From a bacterium (lineage in GTDB: Bacteria > Patescibacteriota > Saccharimonadia > CAILAD01 > GCA-016700035): 64,000 nt of DNA. Of the stretch, positions 10,411-20,233 are shown piece after piece (positions within the stretch are counted from its first letter, which is position 1; each line of letters begins with the position of its first letter). The position numbers were made by a program, and so were the translations under genes. The notes below the pieces were generated by a model that worked only from the letters and a program-made list of their open reading frames with translations, searched no databases and was not told the DNA's origin. Location: assembly GCA_016700035.1 (NCBI GenBank), contig CP064998.1, positions 334,790 to 398,789 on the forward strand, written 5' to 3'.

Positions 10411-11418
10411 ATGATAAAACGACGCATTGCGATTGACCTAGGCACAGCCAATACTTTGGTGTATGTACCCAAAAAGGGGATTGTAGCCAATGAGCCGAGT
10501 GTGGTGGCGGTTTCAGTAGATGACAATCGGATTGTAGCGATTGGTAATGAAGCTAAGGAAATGTTGGGTCGAACGCCAGATATTATTACCGCTAATCGAC
10601 CCCTGCGCGATGGAGTGATTGCTGATTATCGAATTACGCAGGCCATGCTCAAGCACTTTATTGATAAAGTTTCTGGAACGATTCGCTTGAGTCGGCCAGA
10701 GCTGATGATATCTGTGCCAGCCGGAGTAACGTCTACAGAAAGACGAGCAGTAATTGATGCGGCTCTAGCGGCTGGTGCGAGAAAGGCTCATATTATTCGC
10801 GAGCCAGTAGCGGCGGCCATTGGTGCTGGAGTGCCAATTGCGGCACCGGCTGGTAATTTAATTGTTGATATTGGTGGTGGCACAACGGAAGTGGCAATCC
10901 TGTCTTTAGGTGGAATTGTGGCACAGAACTCCATTCGGATTGGTGGAAATAAGCTTGATATGGCCATTGCTGACTACATTAGGCGTAAATATGGGCTTAT
11001 TATTGGCGATCAAACAGCCGAAGATATTAAGCAGGAGATTGGCTCGGCTCTGCCGCTAGAGGTACCGCTGACGATGCAGATACGTGGCCGTGATATGATT
11101 GCTGGCTTGCCAAAAACTATCAAGCTGGACTCCGATGAGGTGACCCAAGCAATATCAGATGAGCTGGACGGAATCATTGGGGCGGTAAAGGCTGTATTGG
11201 AGCAAACCCCACCTGAGCTGTCGAGCGATATTATCGATCGAGGTATGGTAATGACTGGTGGCGGTTCGAAGTTGCGTAATATTGATAAGTTAATGACCAA
11301 AGTTACTGGCGTACCGGCCTATGTGGCTGATGAACCAATGCTATGTGTGGCGCGAGGGACTGGTATTGCCCTAGAAAATCTTGACGATTATATACGTAGC
11401 GTAATTTCTAATCGATAA
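10411..11418 (+). CDS. mreB: Rod-shape-determining actin homologue MreB (start at MIKRRIAIDLG; ORF track begins at GTG 10381)
   Basis: IDLGTANTLVY phosphate-1, DIGGGTTEVA phosphate-2 and adenosine motifs of actin/MreB family. Confidence 0.9.
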   Translation: MIKRRIAIDLGTANTLVYVPKKGIVANEPSVVAVSVDDNRIVAIGNEAKEMLGRTPDIITANRPLRDGVIADYRITQAMLKHFIDKVSGTIRLSRPELMISVPAGVTSTERRAVIDAALAAGARKAHIIREPVAAAIGAGVPIAAPAGNLIVDIGGGTTEVAILSLGGIVAQNSIRIGGNKLDMAIADYIRRKYGLIIGDQTAEDIKQEIGSALPLEVPLTMQIRGRDMIAGLPKTIKLDSDEVTQAISDELDGIIGAVKAVLEQTPPELSSDIIDRGMVMTGGGSKLRNIDKLMTKVTGVPAYVADEPMLCVARGTGIALENLDDYIRSVISNR

Positions 11419-11419
11419 C

Positions 11420-12757
11420 ATGATAAGATTCCGCCAGCATATTAGTAGCGCTAACCTCCGGCAATTTGGTGGTCAGTTGGTGCTTGTACTTTTGGCTCTC
11501 GTACCATTTCATGCCTTACTGGTGGTTTGGGGTGGGTCAATGACAGGACAGGGGGAATTATTATCGGTTTGGAAGGAGCTGATAACTTTAGTAATTACAG
11601 GTCTGGCATCTTTTTTGATTGTATCGAAGTTGGTGATTGGTAAAAGTAAGCAGTGGCGCTTGTTGGTGCGCCAGCCAGCCGTAGTGCTGGTGGGGCTTAT
11701 CTTGTTAGCTGGACTATTGGCTAACATAGTAAATGCCAGCTATGGTAGGGCATTTTTGGTGGGAGCTAAAACTACTGTAGTTCCATTGGTGTTATTTTTG
11801 GCAGTTCAACCATTTGCAAAGTCTGTTTCAGGACAAAAATTAACTCGTGTAATACTGGGGTCGGCGGTAGTGGTGGCTGTATTGGCTCTAATTCAGTTTT
11901 TTGTAGTGCCAACTAGTTTTATGGCCAGCATTGGCTATAATTCGGCAACTATTTTGCCATTTCAGGGAGTTCATCCAGATTTTCCGTTTGGCCGTACATT
12001 TTCAACTTTAGGTGGCCCTAATCAGCTTGGGACATATTTGATTATTCCGTCAGCCATAGCTTTAGCTTTTGCTGTGCGTGGAGCGTCACGACAACAACGA
12101 CTGGTGAGTGCGAGTTTATTTATATTATTTATTTTAGCGATGATTACGACATTTTCACGCAGTGCTCTGGTGGGCCTAGGGGTTGCGGTAGCGATGACAG
12201 TCTTGCTTGCAGTACCTAGAAAATATCGACTGACTACTATATTGATTTTTGTGGTAATTGGATTGGGTGTGGGGCTAATTATATGGAGCGCATTAACAAA
12301 TAGCCAGGCCACTATTTTTGATCGATTTCTCGTGCGTGGGGACCTGACATCAACTGGCCTACTAGGTGGTGATGAGGGGCATATTACAGCTTTAGCGCAG
12401 GGTTACGTAGCCTTAGTGGCGCATCCGGGCGGATTGGGTTTTGGTATGGCTGGACCAGCTAGTTTTTATGCTACACGAACGTTGCTGACCGAAAATTGGT
12501 ACTTACAAATTGCGATAGAAGTTGGCTTAATCGGTCTGGGTCTGATGCTGTTACTGCTGGCTCATGTCATGCGTCGTGTTAGGCAGTTAGAGATATATAG
12601 TCCGCTGCGGATTGGCTTTGTGGGGGCAGTTTTAGGAATAATGGTGTCGGCTCTTTTCTTGCACTCTTTAGCCGACTCGACATTGGCAATTATATTGTTT
12701 GGGGTGGGCGGTCTTCTCTATGCTGCAAAATTACCAAAAGAAGGAAATGTATTATGA
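11420..12757 (+). CDS. O-antigen ligase-family (Wzy_C) polytopic membrane protein
   Basis: 445 aa, about 10-12 TM; TFSRSALVGL and ENWYLQIAIEVGLIGL loop motifs resembling WaaL/Wzy_C. Confidence 0.6.
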   Translation: MIRFRQHISSANLRQFGGQLVLVLLALVPFHALLVVWGGSMTGQGELLSVWKELITLVITGLASFLIVSKLVIGKSKQWRLLVRQPAVVLVGLILLAGLLANIVNASYGRAFLVGAKTTVVPLVLFLAVQPFAKSVSGQKLTRVILGSAVVVAVLALIQFFVVPTSFMASIGYNSATILPFQGVHPDFPFGRTFSTLGGPNQLGTYLIIPSAIALAFAVRGASRQQRLVSASLFILFILAMITTFSRSALVGLGVAVAMTVLLAVPRKYRLTTILIFVVIGLGVGLIIWSALTNSQATIFDRFLVRGDLTSTGLLGGDEGHITALAQGYVALVAHPGGLGFGMAGPASFYATRTLLTENWYLQIAIEVGLIGLGLMLLLLAHVMRRVRQLEIYSPLRIGFVGAVLGIMVSALFLHSLADSTLAIILFGVGGLLYAAKLPKEGNVL

Positions 12758-13863
12758 AGACATATTCTCCAAAAATCCTGATCTTACATGATTGGCTAAA
12801 TACTAAAGAAGGTGGTGCAGAGCAGGTTTTTTTTGAGCTTTTAAAAATGTACCCACAAGCCGATGTGGCTACACTGATATGTAATAGAGAAAAATTTGGT
12901 GCAAAACTAGGCACGAGGCGAGTCCGAACTAGCTTTTTACAGCACTTTCCCAAAAAAATACGCGAGAGACCAGAACTGCTCTTGCCTTTTGTGCGTCGAG
13001 CGGTACTCTCCATATCGACCGCCGGCTATGATATAGTGCTAGCTTCATCTTCGGCCTGGGTGAAGAACGCGCCATTATCGGGCTCTACAAAAATGCTGGT
13101 GTATTGCTATTCGCCAGCGCGGATGCTGTGGGATTATTGGCCTCAAGCCTTAAATGAACGCACCCGAAACCCACTGGTGAAAGCGTATGTTACTCAGTTG
13201 GCATCAAAGCTGAGGTTGTGGGATTTTTACTCGTCGCAGGAAATTCGACGAGAGTTTATTGCAATTAGTAGAACTGTCGCTGGGCGGATTAAAAAATTCT
13301 ATGGACGACAATCGGCCATTATTTACCCGCCAGTACATATTCCACCAGTGGCTGCTACCGATCGAAGTGATGACTATATGATTGTTTCGGTGCTAGCAGG
13401 GTATAAGCAGATTGATTTGGCGATACGCGCTTTTAAAGGGACGAAGCGAAAACTACTGATTGCTGGTGATGGTCCAGAGCGCGAAAATTTAGAACAATTA
13501 GCTGGCAGTGCAACTAATATTCGTTTTCTTGGACGAGTTAGTCAGGCCGATAAGCTTAAATTGTTGTCTACGGCACAAGGTTTTATTTTTTGCAATGTAG
13601 AGGATTTTGGTATTGCGCCGGTAGAGGCCATAGCTAGCGGGGCTCCAGTGGTAGCATTGCGATCGGGTGGAGTGACGGAAACCATGCAAGAACATGTGAC
13701 TGCTGAATTTTTTGATGAACCTATGGTTGAGCAGGTTAGGCAGGCACTAGATCGAGTTGAGGCACAGAGCTGGGATAGGGCTAAGATGCACCGTCAGGCG
13801 AATAAGTTTAGTTATGAAAAATTTCGAGCTGGCATACAGCAAGCTATGGATAAGATGCTATGA
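12754..13863 (+). CDS. GT4-family glycosyltransferase
   Basis: 369 aa; EDFGIAPVEAIASGAPVV (EX7E) motif; 4-nt overlap with upstream gene. Confidence 0.8.
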   Translation: MKTYSPKILILHDWLNTKEGGAEQVFFELLKMYPQADVATLICNREKFGAKLGTRRVRTSFLQHFPKKIRERPELLLPFVRRAVLSISTAGYDIVLASSSAWVKNAPLSGSTKMLVYCYSPARMLWDYWPQALNERTRNPLVKAYVTQLASKLRLWDFYSSQEIRREFIAISRTVAGRIKKFYGRQSAIIYPPVHIPPVAATDRSDDYMIVSVLAGYKQIDLAIRAFKGTKRKLLIAGDGPERENLEQLAGSATNIRFLGRVSQADKLKLLSTAQGFIFCNVEDFGIAPVEAIASGAPVVALRSGGVTETMQEHVTAEFFDEPMVEQVRQALDRVEAQSWDRAKMHRQANKFSYEKFRAGIQQAMDKML

Positions 13864-14681
13864 AACATTCAACTAATAAGAGAGTTAATGTTGGGGGATT
13901 GTGGTTTGATGCTATTACTCAAGATGATTTAATTCATGATATTGAAAGACACTTAGAGAGCTCAGCTAAACAGAGTTTTTGTATAGCAAAGCCATATGTT
14001 GAGTTTTTTACGCAGGCTTGGCAAGATCCAAAATTGACTATAATACTCACCGAAATGGATCGTGTGGTTGCTGATGGCGTGGGTGTTCAGTGGGCGGCTA
14101 GTTATTTAGCTGGTAAGACTGGATTTTGGCGCTGGGTGTACTCGCTGGTAGTTGATGTGCAGAATAAGCAGTGGCGGGAGCAGATTATTCCAGAGCGAGG
14201 GGCGGGTGTGGATGCTACAAAAAGGCTGCTACGAGTGGCTAGCAATAAAGGCTGGACGGTGGGTATTTTAGGTGGACCTAGGGATGTCGGGCAGACACAG
14301 GAATCGCTACGCCGGCTTTATCCAAAACTTAAGCTTTTGAAGGTTTGGAGCGGGTATTATGATTTAGTCGATGAGCCGCACCTGGTAGATGAAATTCGTA
14401 CCCAACATCCAGATATATTGTTTGTAGCACAAGGCTTTCCGCGTCAGGAAATGTTTATCAATCGTAATAAATCGAAATCTATAGCAAAAATATTGATTGG
14501 TGAAGGTGGTACATTTGATTTTGACTCGATGGGCGGATCGCTAAAACGAGCTCCAAAATGGCTCCGACAAATTGGTCTTGAATGGTTATGGCGGTTAATT
14601 TTAGAGCCACAAAGATGGCGTCGGCAACTAGCATTACCTAAGTTTATATGGGGAATTTACAAGCTTGGACAACAAAAGTAG
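13860..14681 (+). CDS. WecB/TagA/CpsF-family (GT26) glycosyltransferase
   Basis: 273 aa; family-typical N-terminus VNVGGLWFDAIT and central DGVGV motif; ATGA overlap with GT4 gene. Confidence 0.75.
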   Translation: MKHSTNKRVNVGGLWFDAITQDDLIHDIERHLESSAKQSFCIAKPYVEFFTQAWQDPKLTIILTEMDRVVADGVGVQWAASYLAGKTGFWRWVYSLVVDVQNKQWREQIIPERGAGVDATKRLLRVASNKGWTVGILGGPRDVGQTQESLRRLYPKLKLLKVWSGYYDLVDEPHLVDEIRTQHPDILFVAQGFPRQEMFINRNKSKSIAKILIGEGGTFDFDSMGGSLKRAPKWLRQIGLEWLWRLILEPQRWRRQLALPKFIWGIYKLGQQK

Positions 14682-14751
14682 GCATTACCTCTTTACGCTT
14701 ATGATATAAGTCGGCATAATAAGGGTTAAGCTTAAGTAACTCGAGGGGTTT

Positions 14752-16230
14752 ATGCGTCAGTGTCCAGACTGTGAAGAAAAAGATCGTGTAGTTATTGCCG
14801 GTAAAATATTTTGTGCTAATTGTGGTACGCCATGGCAACCAGCCGACTCTAATGAAGAAGCGACTTACAAACAGAAGGTTGGTTTAGGTGGGTCTGTTAG
14901 TAGCCCTAGTGCAGATGGTTTAGTAACGCAGACCAACACTTCTGGTACGGTAGCGACCTCGGCACCTACTGATCCTCAGTCAGCCGTACAGGTGCCACAG
15001 TCAGAACCTGTAGTCACATCGACACCGCCTACCTCAGTCGTTCCACCACCAGCCCCACCTCAGACTTCACCAGAACCAGTTGTTCCTCCTGCAGTATTAG
15101 AGACTCTCACGCCAGTACCAGAGGTAGGTCCTATTGAAGTTGCGTCGACTGCACCCCCCGTTCCAGCTGTTTCGACATCAGCATCCGCCGCTCCAGTGCC
15201 GACTCCTCCTCCATCTGCCCCAGCCCCACCCCCACCCACTACAGCTTCAGCCCCACTTCCTCCAGTACCAGCACCTGTTGCTCCAGTACCGGCACCAGTA
15301 AGTAATACTGTTCAGGCTCCAACTGTTTCTAGTTCGCCAACTACAGAGCTACAATCGAGAATTGGTGCTGAAATACATAGCCTAGATGCTAAGGATGAGT
15401 CAGTTTTATCTGATGCGCAGATAAAAGAAATGGCCGCAATAGCGTCACCTCCACCAACTCCGGACCGGCAATCGATTCCTGTCGTAACCCCAGCATCAAC
15501 GGAATTAGCCCCAGCCCCTAGTGCACCTCAACCGCCCGTAGTAGCGAGCCCCGCTACAAATGGACGGGTACTAAACGACATTGTTGCACCGTCAGCCAGT
15601 AGTGCAGCCGCACCTACCACCGTAGAAGCTACTCCATCGCAGCCCCCATCGACACCTTCACCTTCGACGGATAGCTCATCAACAACCACTACCGTGGCTG
15701 GCGTGACGATGAGTCGAGAGGATGCGTTAAAGTTAGCACTCGGTGATAGTGCTGTCTCGGAAGCGACGCAAAAATCTGGTCCGGCTCGTCCAACAGCGGT
15801 AGTGATGACTGTAGTTGGCTTGGCTTTGTTAGGGGTATTTTTGTGGCAAGTAAATGCTAATGACATTAATGTTAAGATTGCTTCTCTACGGTCTGGTTTA
15901 TCGGCCTCGGTACCTGGCTTTGTACCAGGCGGTTGGGGGAAGGCGCAGTCTCTGAAATCTGGTGATGGGAATGTGAGCTACGAGCTTGAAAAAGATGGTA
16001 AGACTCTAAAGGTTGAACAGCAGAAGAGTGACTGGGATAGTCAGGCTGTGCTCGAACAGTACGTTTTAAAGCACGCTACAGACTATCTAGCTCTACAGTC
16101 ACAGGGCTTGACGATCTATGTCTTTGGTAATAATCAGGCTGCCTGGGTTAACCAGGGTACACTTTATACGCTGTCTGGTGATCATGGTATTGATCAGGAC
16201 GACATTATTCGCATGGCTACAAGCTTATGA
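14752..16230 (+). CDS. Zinc-ribbon / Pro-Thr-Ser-rich linker / single-TM / C-terminal extracytoplasmic domain protein
   Basis: N-terminal CPDC...CANC ribbon, about 300 aa of low-complexity P/T/S/A, hydrophobic helix AVVMTVVGLALLGVFLW, about 120-aa C-terminal domain. Confidence 0.6.
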   Translation: MRQCPDCEEKDRVVIAGKIFCANCGTPWQPADSNEEATYKQKVGLGGSVSSPSADGLVTQTNTSGTVATSAPTDPQSAVQVPQSEPVVTSTPPTSVVPPPAPPQTSPEPVVPPAVLETLTPVPEVGPIEVASTAPPVPAVSTSASAAPVPTPPPSAPAPPPPTTASAPLPPVPAPVAPVPAPVSNTVQAPTVSSSPTTELQSRIGAEIHSLDAKDESVLSDAQIKEMAAIASPPPTPDRQSIPVVTPASTELAPAPSAPQPPVVASPATNGRVLNDIVAPSASSAAAPTTVEATPSQPPSTPSPSTDSSSTTTTVAGVTMSREDALKLALGDSAVSEATQKSGPARPTAVVMTVVGLALLGVFLWQVNANDINVKIASLRSGLSASVPGFVPGGWGKAQSLKSGDGNVSYELEKDGKTLKVEQQKSDWDSQAVLEQYVLKHATDYLALQSQGLTIYVFGNNQAAWVNQGTLYTLSGDHGIDQDDIIRMATSL

Positions 16231-16559
16231 GCGACCAAGCTTGGGAGCAATTAGTTGACCTTATTGATCAGAAGTATGGTATTGCGAAACATAAAAAATT
16301 TACCGAGGATATTCCGGGTAAGCAAAAGCTGGAACGGCTACACGACGAAATAATTTTTGAAAAAGAAGGTGATAAATATAAGGTTATTAGAATTAGCTCA
16401 CCCGCGGTAATAAGCACCAAAACACGCTACGCGCATCGAGGAACAGCTCAGCAAGTAGAGCATGAATATGATCCGGCCGAGCTTGTGCATCGAGTGGAGT
16501 TTTATAAGCAGACAGGTGCGGATGCCTGGCATGAGATCTCCCCAGAAGAACTAGCTTAG
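16227..16559 (+). CDS. Hypothetical protein, translationally coupled (ATGA) to zinc-ribbon protein
   Basis: 110 aa, charged, no motif. Confidence 0.4.
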   Translation: MSDQAWEQLVDLIDQKYGIAKHKKFTEDIPGKQKLERLHDEIIFEKEGDKYKVIRISSPAVISTKTRYAHRGTAQQVEHEYDPAELVHRVEFYKQTGADAWHEISPEELA

Positions 16560-16562
16560 CTA

Positions 16563-16979
16563 CTAGGCTTCAGTTTTACCAACTTTTGCACTTAGGATGA
16601 CGCTTCGTGTTTCGCCACCTTGGTCAACAATCTTAGTCTGCTGAGTTTGATTGTAGTAGAGTACGAGGTGTTGTGAGAGGATATCTTGGATGTCGCGTAA
16701 TTTGAGGCGATAATCATCGAGATCAGCTGATATGACCTGATAGTCTTTATCCTCCTGTAGGGCACGTTTGGCATCAGAGCGCTTTTTTGTTAGCTCCTTA
16801 ATTTCTTCGGCAATAGCGCGATATTCTTCATTCTGCTCCATAGCATCTTTTAGCTGATCGCGTAGGGCACCTACTTTTTCGCGTGTTTCGGCTGCGTCTT
16901 GCATTAAGCGATGGATTGATTCAAGTGTGGCCGTAGTGTCATTATCGGGGTTTGTTGGTGTAGTTTTGGGTTCTTCCAT
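16563..16979 (-). CDS. Hypothetical coiled-coil protein
   Basis: 138 aa, heptad-rich charged sequence. Confidence 0.45.
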   Translation of the reverse strand: MEEPKTTPTNPDNDTTATLESIHRLMQDAAETREKVGALRDQLKDAMEQNEEYRAIAEEIKELTKKRSDAKRALQEDKDYQVISADLDDYRLKLRDIQDILSQHLVLYYNQTQQTKIVDQGGETRSVILSAKVGKTEA

Positions 16980-17093
16980 TTTTCCTCTTTAAAAGTTAAT
17001 AGGTATTGTGCTGTTAAAATATTTTACCATGACAACTTAGCATAACAGAAGTATGATTCAGTCTATAAAAGGGAGATTTGCTCGCGAGAATGG

Positions 17094-17978
17094 GTGGGAA
17101 TCTTTATAATAGATGTTATGTTATTGCCGGAATGGGTTCACCACACTTTACGTATACCGTATCTATTAAAGACCACTAAGGTGGGGCGTGGTAAGACACT
17201 GGTATTTCTTCATGGTATAGCTTCATTTGGCGAGATATGGTCGCCTGTTGTGGAAGATTTATCGCATAATTACCGCTGTATCACACTCGATTTATTGGGC
17301 CATGGAGATAGCCCTAAGCCAACGCATGTGCGTTATACGCCCCAGGAGCATCTGCGTTCCATCCGCTGGACATTGTTTTGGCATGGTGTGTGGGGGCGTC
17401 CAATTGTTGTCGGTCACTCGATGGGGGCGCTACTGGCGACTCATTGGGCTTCGACTCATCCTCGTGCTATTGAGCGATTAGTGCTATTGGCGATGCCAAT
17501 TTATGAGTCACGTAGCTCGGATAGCGGCAAGAAAAGGCTGGAAGGGCTAGTAGATGCTGGCTACCTGCTATTCTACCGTGCGCTACGCGCCACGCCACAG
17601 CGTTGGGCAATTCGATCAGCAAAAGCCTTATTGCGACGTTCACCAAATCTTGTAGGGCAGGCAACCTTGAATGAAGCTACCTGGTATCCAGTTGTTAGTT
17701 CTTTGCAAAATACCATTGAATTGCAGACAACCAGCACCGATATTAAGCAACTTCCAGAAGAGTTGCCTATAACTGTACTTTATGGAACATTGGACCAATT
17801 AGTTTTGGCTAATAACTTAAAACGGGCGTTTTTGGGTCGCCCCCATACCAGAATTATTCGGGTGATGGTACCTCATGAGCTAACTGCTCGTTACTGTCGG
17901 GCGGTTGTGCGAGCTATTAAGACCAAGGAAGACCCTTGGTATACAGCCTTGAATATGAAGATTGGATCAAGAAAATGA
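17094..17978 (+). CDS. Alpha/beta-hydrolase fold protein
   Basis: LVFLHG oxyanion region and GHSMGA nucleophile elbow; HGxSxG architecture. Confidence 0.75.
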   Translation: MGIFIIDVMLLPEWVHHTLRIPYLLKTTKVGRGKTLVFLHGIASFGEIWSPVVEDLSHNYRCITLDLLGHGDSPKPTHVRYTPQEHLRSIRWTLFWHGVWGRPIVVGHSMGALLATHWASTHPRAIERLVLLAMPIYESRSSDSGKKRLEGLVDAGYLLFYRALRATPQRWAIRSAKALLRRSPNLVGQATLNEATWYPVVSSLQNTIELQTTSTDIKQLPEELPITVLYGTLDQLVLANNLKRAFLGRPHTRIIRVMVPHELTARYCRAVVRAIKTKEDPWYTALNMKIGSRK

Positions 17979-18442
17979 TGATTCCAGCTAAAAAGCAACG
18001 CGAGAGATATTTAATTGATCAATTCCTTGCCGTAACGCCAGATTTTGACGAGTACGAGTTTGCGTTCTACGATGAAAATCCAGACCTTATTTACCAGCGA
18101 GGTGGTGCTCAGCTGGGCTTTGAGAGCATTTTGGTAATACCCACCCATGAGAGTCGTTGTCGGCTAGATAGTGCCACCTGTGAATTGCAATTACCACTAC
18201 ACGCAAATATAAAAGATAATTTATTAACAACTCAGTTGGAATTATCACGGACCCTATTTGAGCATTTGCGTCACTATAAACTACCAACAGTAATTGTCTT
18301 TACGATTTTATCGCCCAATATACAGCTTGAGCAGCTTGCGGCCCATTTTGCATTGCCTGAAGTGACGGTACATAATATTGTGGATTATTTCGTTACTAAC
18401 GGTAGTCGCTCATTAAAAATCATCAAGACTCGCCGTGTTTAA
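17936..18442 (+). CDS. Hypothetical protein
   Basis: 168-aa ORF, no motif. Confidence 0.4.
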   Translation: MVYSLEYEDWIKKMMIPAKKQRERYLIDQFLAVTPDFDEYEFAFYDENPDLIYQRGGAQLGFESILVIPTHESRCRLDSATCELQLPLHANIKDNLLTTQLELSRTLFEHLRHYKLPTVIVFTILSPNIQLEQLAAHFALPEVTVHNIVDYFVTNGSRSLKIIKTRRV

Positions 18443-19155
18443 TGACGAACTTGGCAGTATTTAGTGCATTCCAAAACTAGATCTAGGTCGTCAGTAACAG
18501 TAAAAAGGCCGAGATCTGCTTCTGCAATGTAGCTATCTGACCTGAACATATAGTGCTCCATAAACCTTAGGAGTGGTTGCCAGTATGACGTACCAATACA
18601 AAAGATTGGTATACGTTCAATTTTTTTAGTTTGTACTAGGGTGATGAGTTCAAAAAATTCATCCATAGTACCAAAACCACCAGGAAAGAAAATATACATC
18701 GAAGCAGCAAAGCTTAAGGCCATTTTGCGGGCAAAAAAATAGTGGAAGCTTAATGACTTATTGATGTAGGGATTAATCGGTTCACCGGTTTGCAATTCAA
18801 TAGTTAGCCCAGCTGAAATTCCACCAGCCTCCAGGGCTCCACGGTTGGCCGCCTCCATGATACCCGGACCGCCTCCTGTTACGATGGCCAGATCTTTCTC
18901 CTGAACAAGTCGGGTGGCAAGTTTGCGGGCTGTCGTATACTCGACCGAATTGGGTTGAGCGCGTGTCGAACCAAAGATTGACACACTATCTGGTAAATTG
19001 CTTAAAAAGTCAAAAGCTAATCGAAACTCTGTCTCAATACGGTCGAGTCGTTCGGTAGTTTCATCGATTATTGGTTGAGAGTTTTGGGCATGATCTTGAT
19101 AGTCACGCAGACTGCGTAAATCTCTACTGTGCATAAGCTTATTATAGCAAAACAA
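18439..19155 (-). CDS. LOG-family (TIGR00730) nucleotide phosphoribohydrolase-like protein
   Basis: VSIFGS, TGGGPGIMEA and PGGFGTMDEFFE motifs characteristic of the LOG/Rossmann family. Confidence 0.85.
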   Translation of the reverse strand: MFCYNKLMHSRDLRSLRDYQDHAQNSQPIIDETTERLDRIETEFRLAFDFLSNLPDSVSIFGSTRAQPNSVEYTTARKLATRLVQEKDLAIVTGGGPGIMEAANRGALEAGGISAGLTIELQTGEPINPYINKSLSFHYFFARKMALSFAASMYIFFPGGFGTMDEFFELITLVQTKKIERIPIFCIGTSYWQPLLRFMEHYMFRSDSYIAEADLGLFTVTDDLDLVLECTKYCQVRH

Positions 19156-19222
19156 ACTGGCGTTTTGGTTGATGATTTTAGTAGGTGGCGATATTTGGAT
19201 GGCTATGACACAATGTTAAACA

Positions 19223-20233
19223 ATGAAGTTTTTAAAACGCTCATTAGTAGTTATCCTATCATTATTATTGACCTCCCTGATTGCTGCATGGAGCATACTC
19301 GCCATTGTTGGTTCGGCCACTGCTATTAATCAGCTAATTGTAGCCGGTAATCTTTATGAAATGATGGCCACACAAACCCGTACGGCAATGCTTTCGAGCG
19401 CCAATCTACCTGATCAATATCGTGAGGTGATAACTCAGGCCTTTGAAAAGAGCATGACCGCTCAGCAAGTTGAGATAATCATGAAGCCATTGCTGGTAGA
19501 TATCGTTGGCTGGTTGGATCAACCCGACGATACACCACCACCACAGCTTATTATTAATCTTGCACCGTTAAAAACTTCGCTAGCCAGTGAGCTAACGCAA
19601 TCACAAATTTCGGAAATAGAAAAAACAGCTTTAGTGGCACAGATTGGCAAACAGATACCTGACCAGATTGATATTACTCAGGTGCAGGGCTTGGCCTCTC
19701 AACGGCAGGTTCAGACACCTGAAGCTACAACTGAATCTGCCTCACAAGCTACGGTGATGTTAAAAACCATTAAGTCTGGATTACATGTCTTGAAAGCTTT
19801 TGCTCTTTATGGCTTTCTGGTATTTATAGCTTTGTTGGCTTGGCTGATATTTTTGGGGCGTAAGGATGGGCGAGCTATGTTGCGGCGCCCAGCTTGGATA
19901 TGTATATCAGCTGGCTTACTTGCAACTCTAATCTGGGTTGTATCAAATGGGGTACCAATCAACCCATCGCAACCTGAACTTGCGATTGGCTTGCGTGTAA
20001 TCCGAAGCATATCGTCGATTGTGGTGTGGTATAGCTTGGGGTCCTTACTGTTTGGAGCTGGTCTATATGGCCTGTCATATATTATAAAATCATCTACCGT
20101 GGCTTCACCGCCAGCTAATCCAATTGCACCTCCACCAACAACACAAATTACCACTGCGCAAAACCAAGTAAGTCAAACCAATAGTTCGGTAGCTGCCACC
20201 AATATTAATAAAGGTGGGCCAACTCAAAATTAA
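19223..20233 (+). CDS. Hypothetical membrane protein
   Basis: 336 aa, signal/TM N-terminus and 3-4 further TM helices, Pro-rich C-terminus. Confidence 0.5.
   Translation: MKFLKRSLVVILSLLLTSLIAAWSILAIVGSATAINQLIVAGNLYEMMATQTRTAMLSSANLPDQYREVITQAFEKSMTAQQVEIIMKPLLVDIVGWLDQPDDTPPPQLIINLAPLKTSLASELTQSQISEIEKTALVAQIGKQIPDQIDITQVQGLASQRQVQTPEATTESASQATVMLKTIKSGLHVLKAFALYGFLVFIALLAWLIFLGRKDGRAMLRRPAWICISAGLLATLIWVVSNGVPINPSQPELAIGLRVIRSISSIVVWYSLGSLLFGAGLYGLSYIIKSSTVASPPANPIAPPPTTQITTAQNQVSQTNSSVAATNINKGGPTQN

Noticed and set aside
15528-15866. 112-aa antisense ORF
   Set aside because: Generated by the low-complexity Pro/Thr/Ala-coding tract of the zinc-ribbon protein; no start context.
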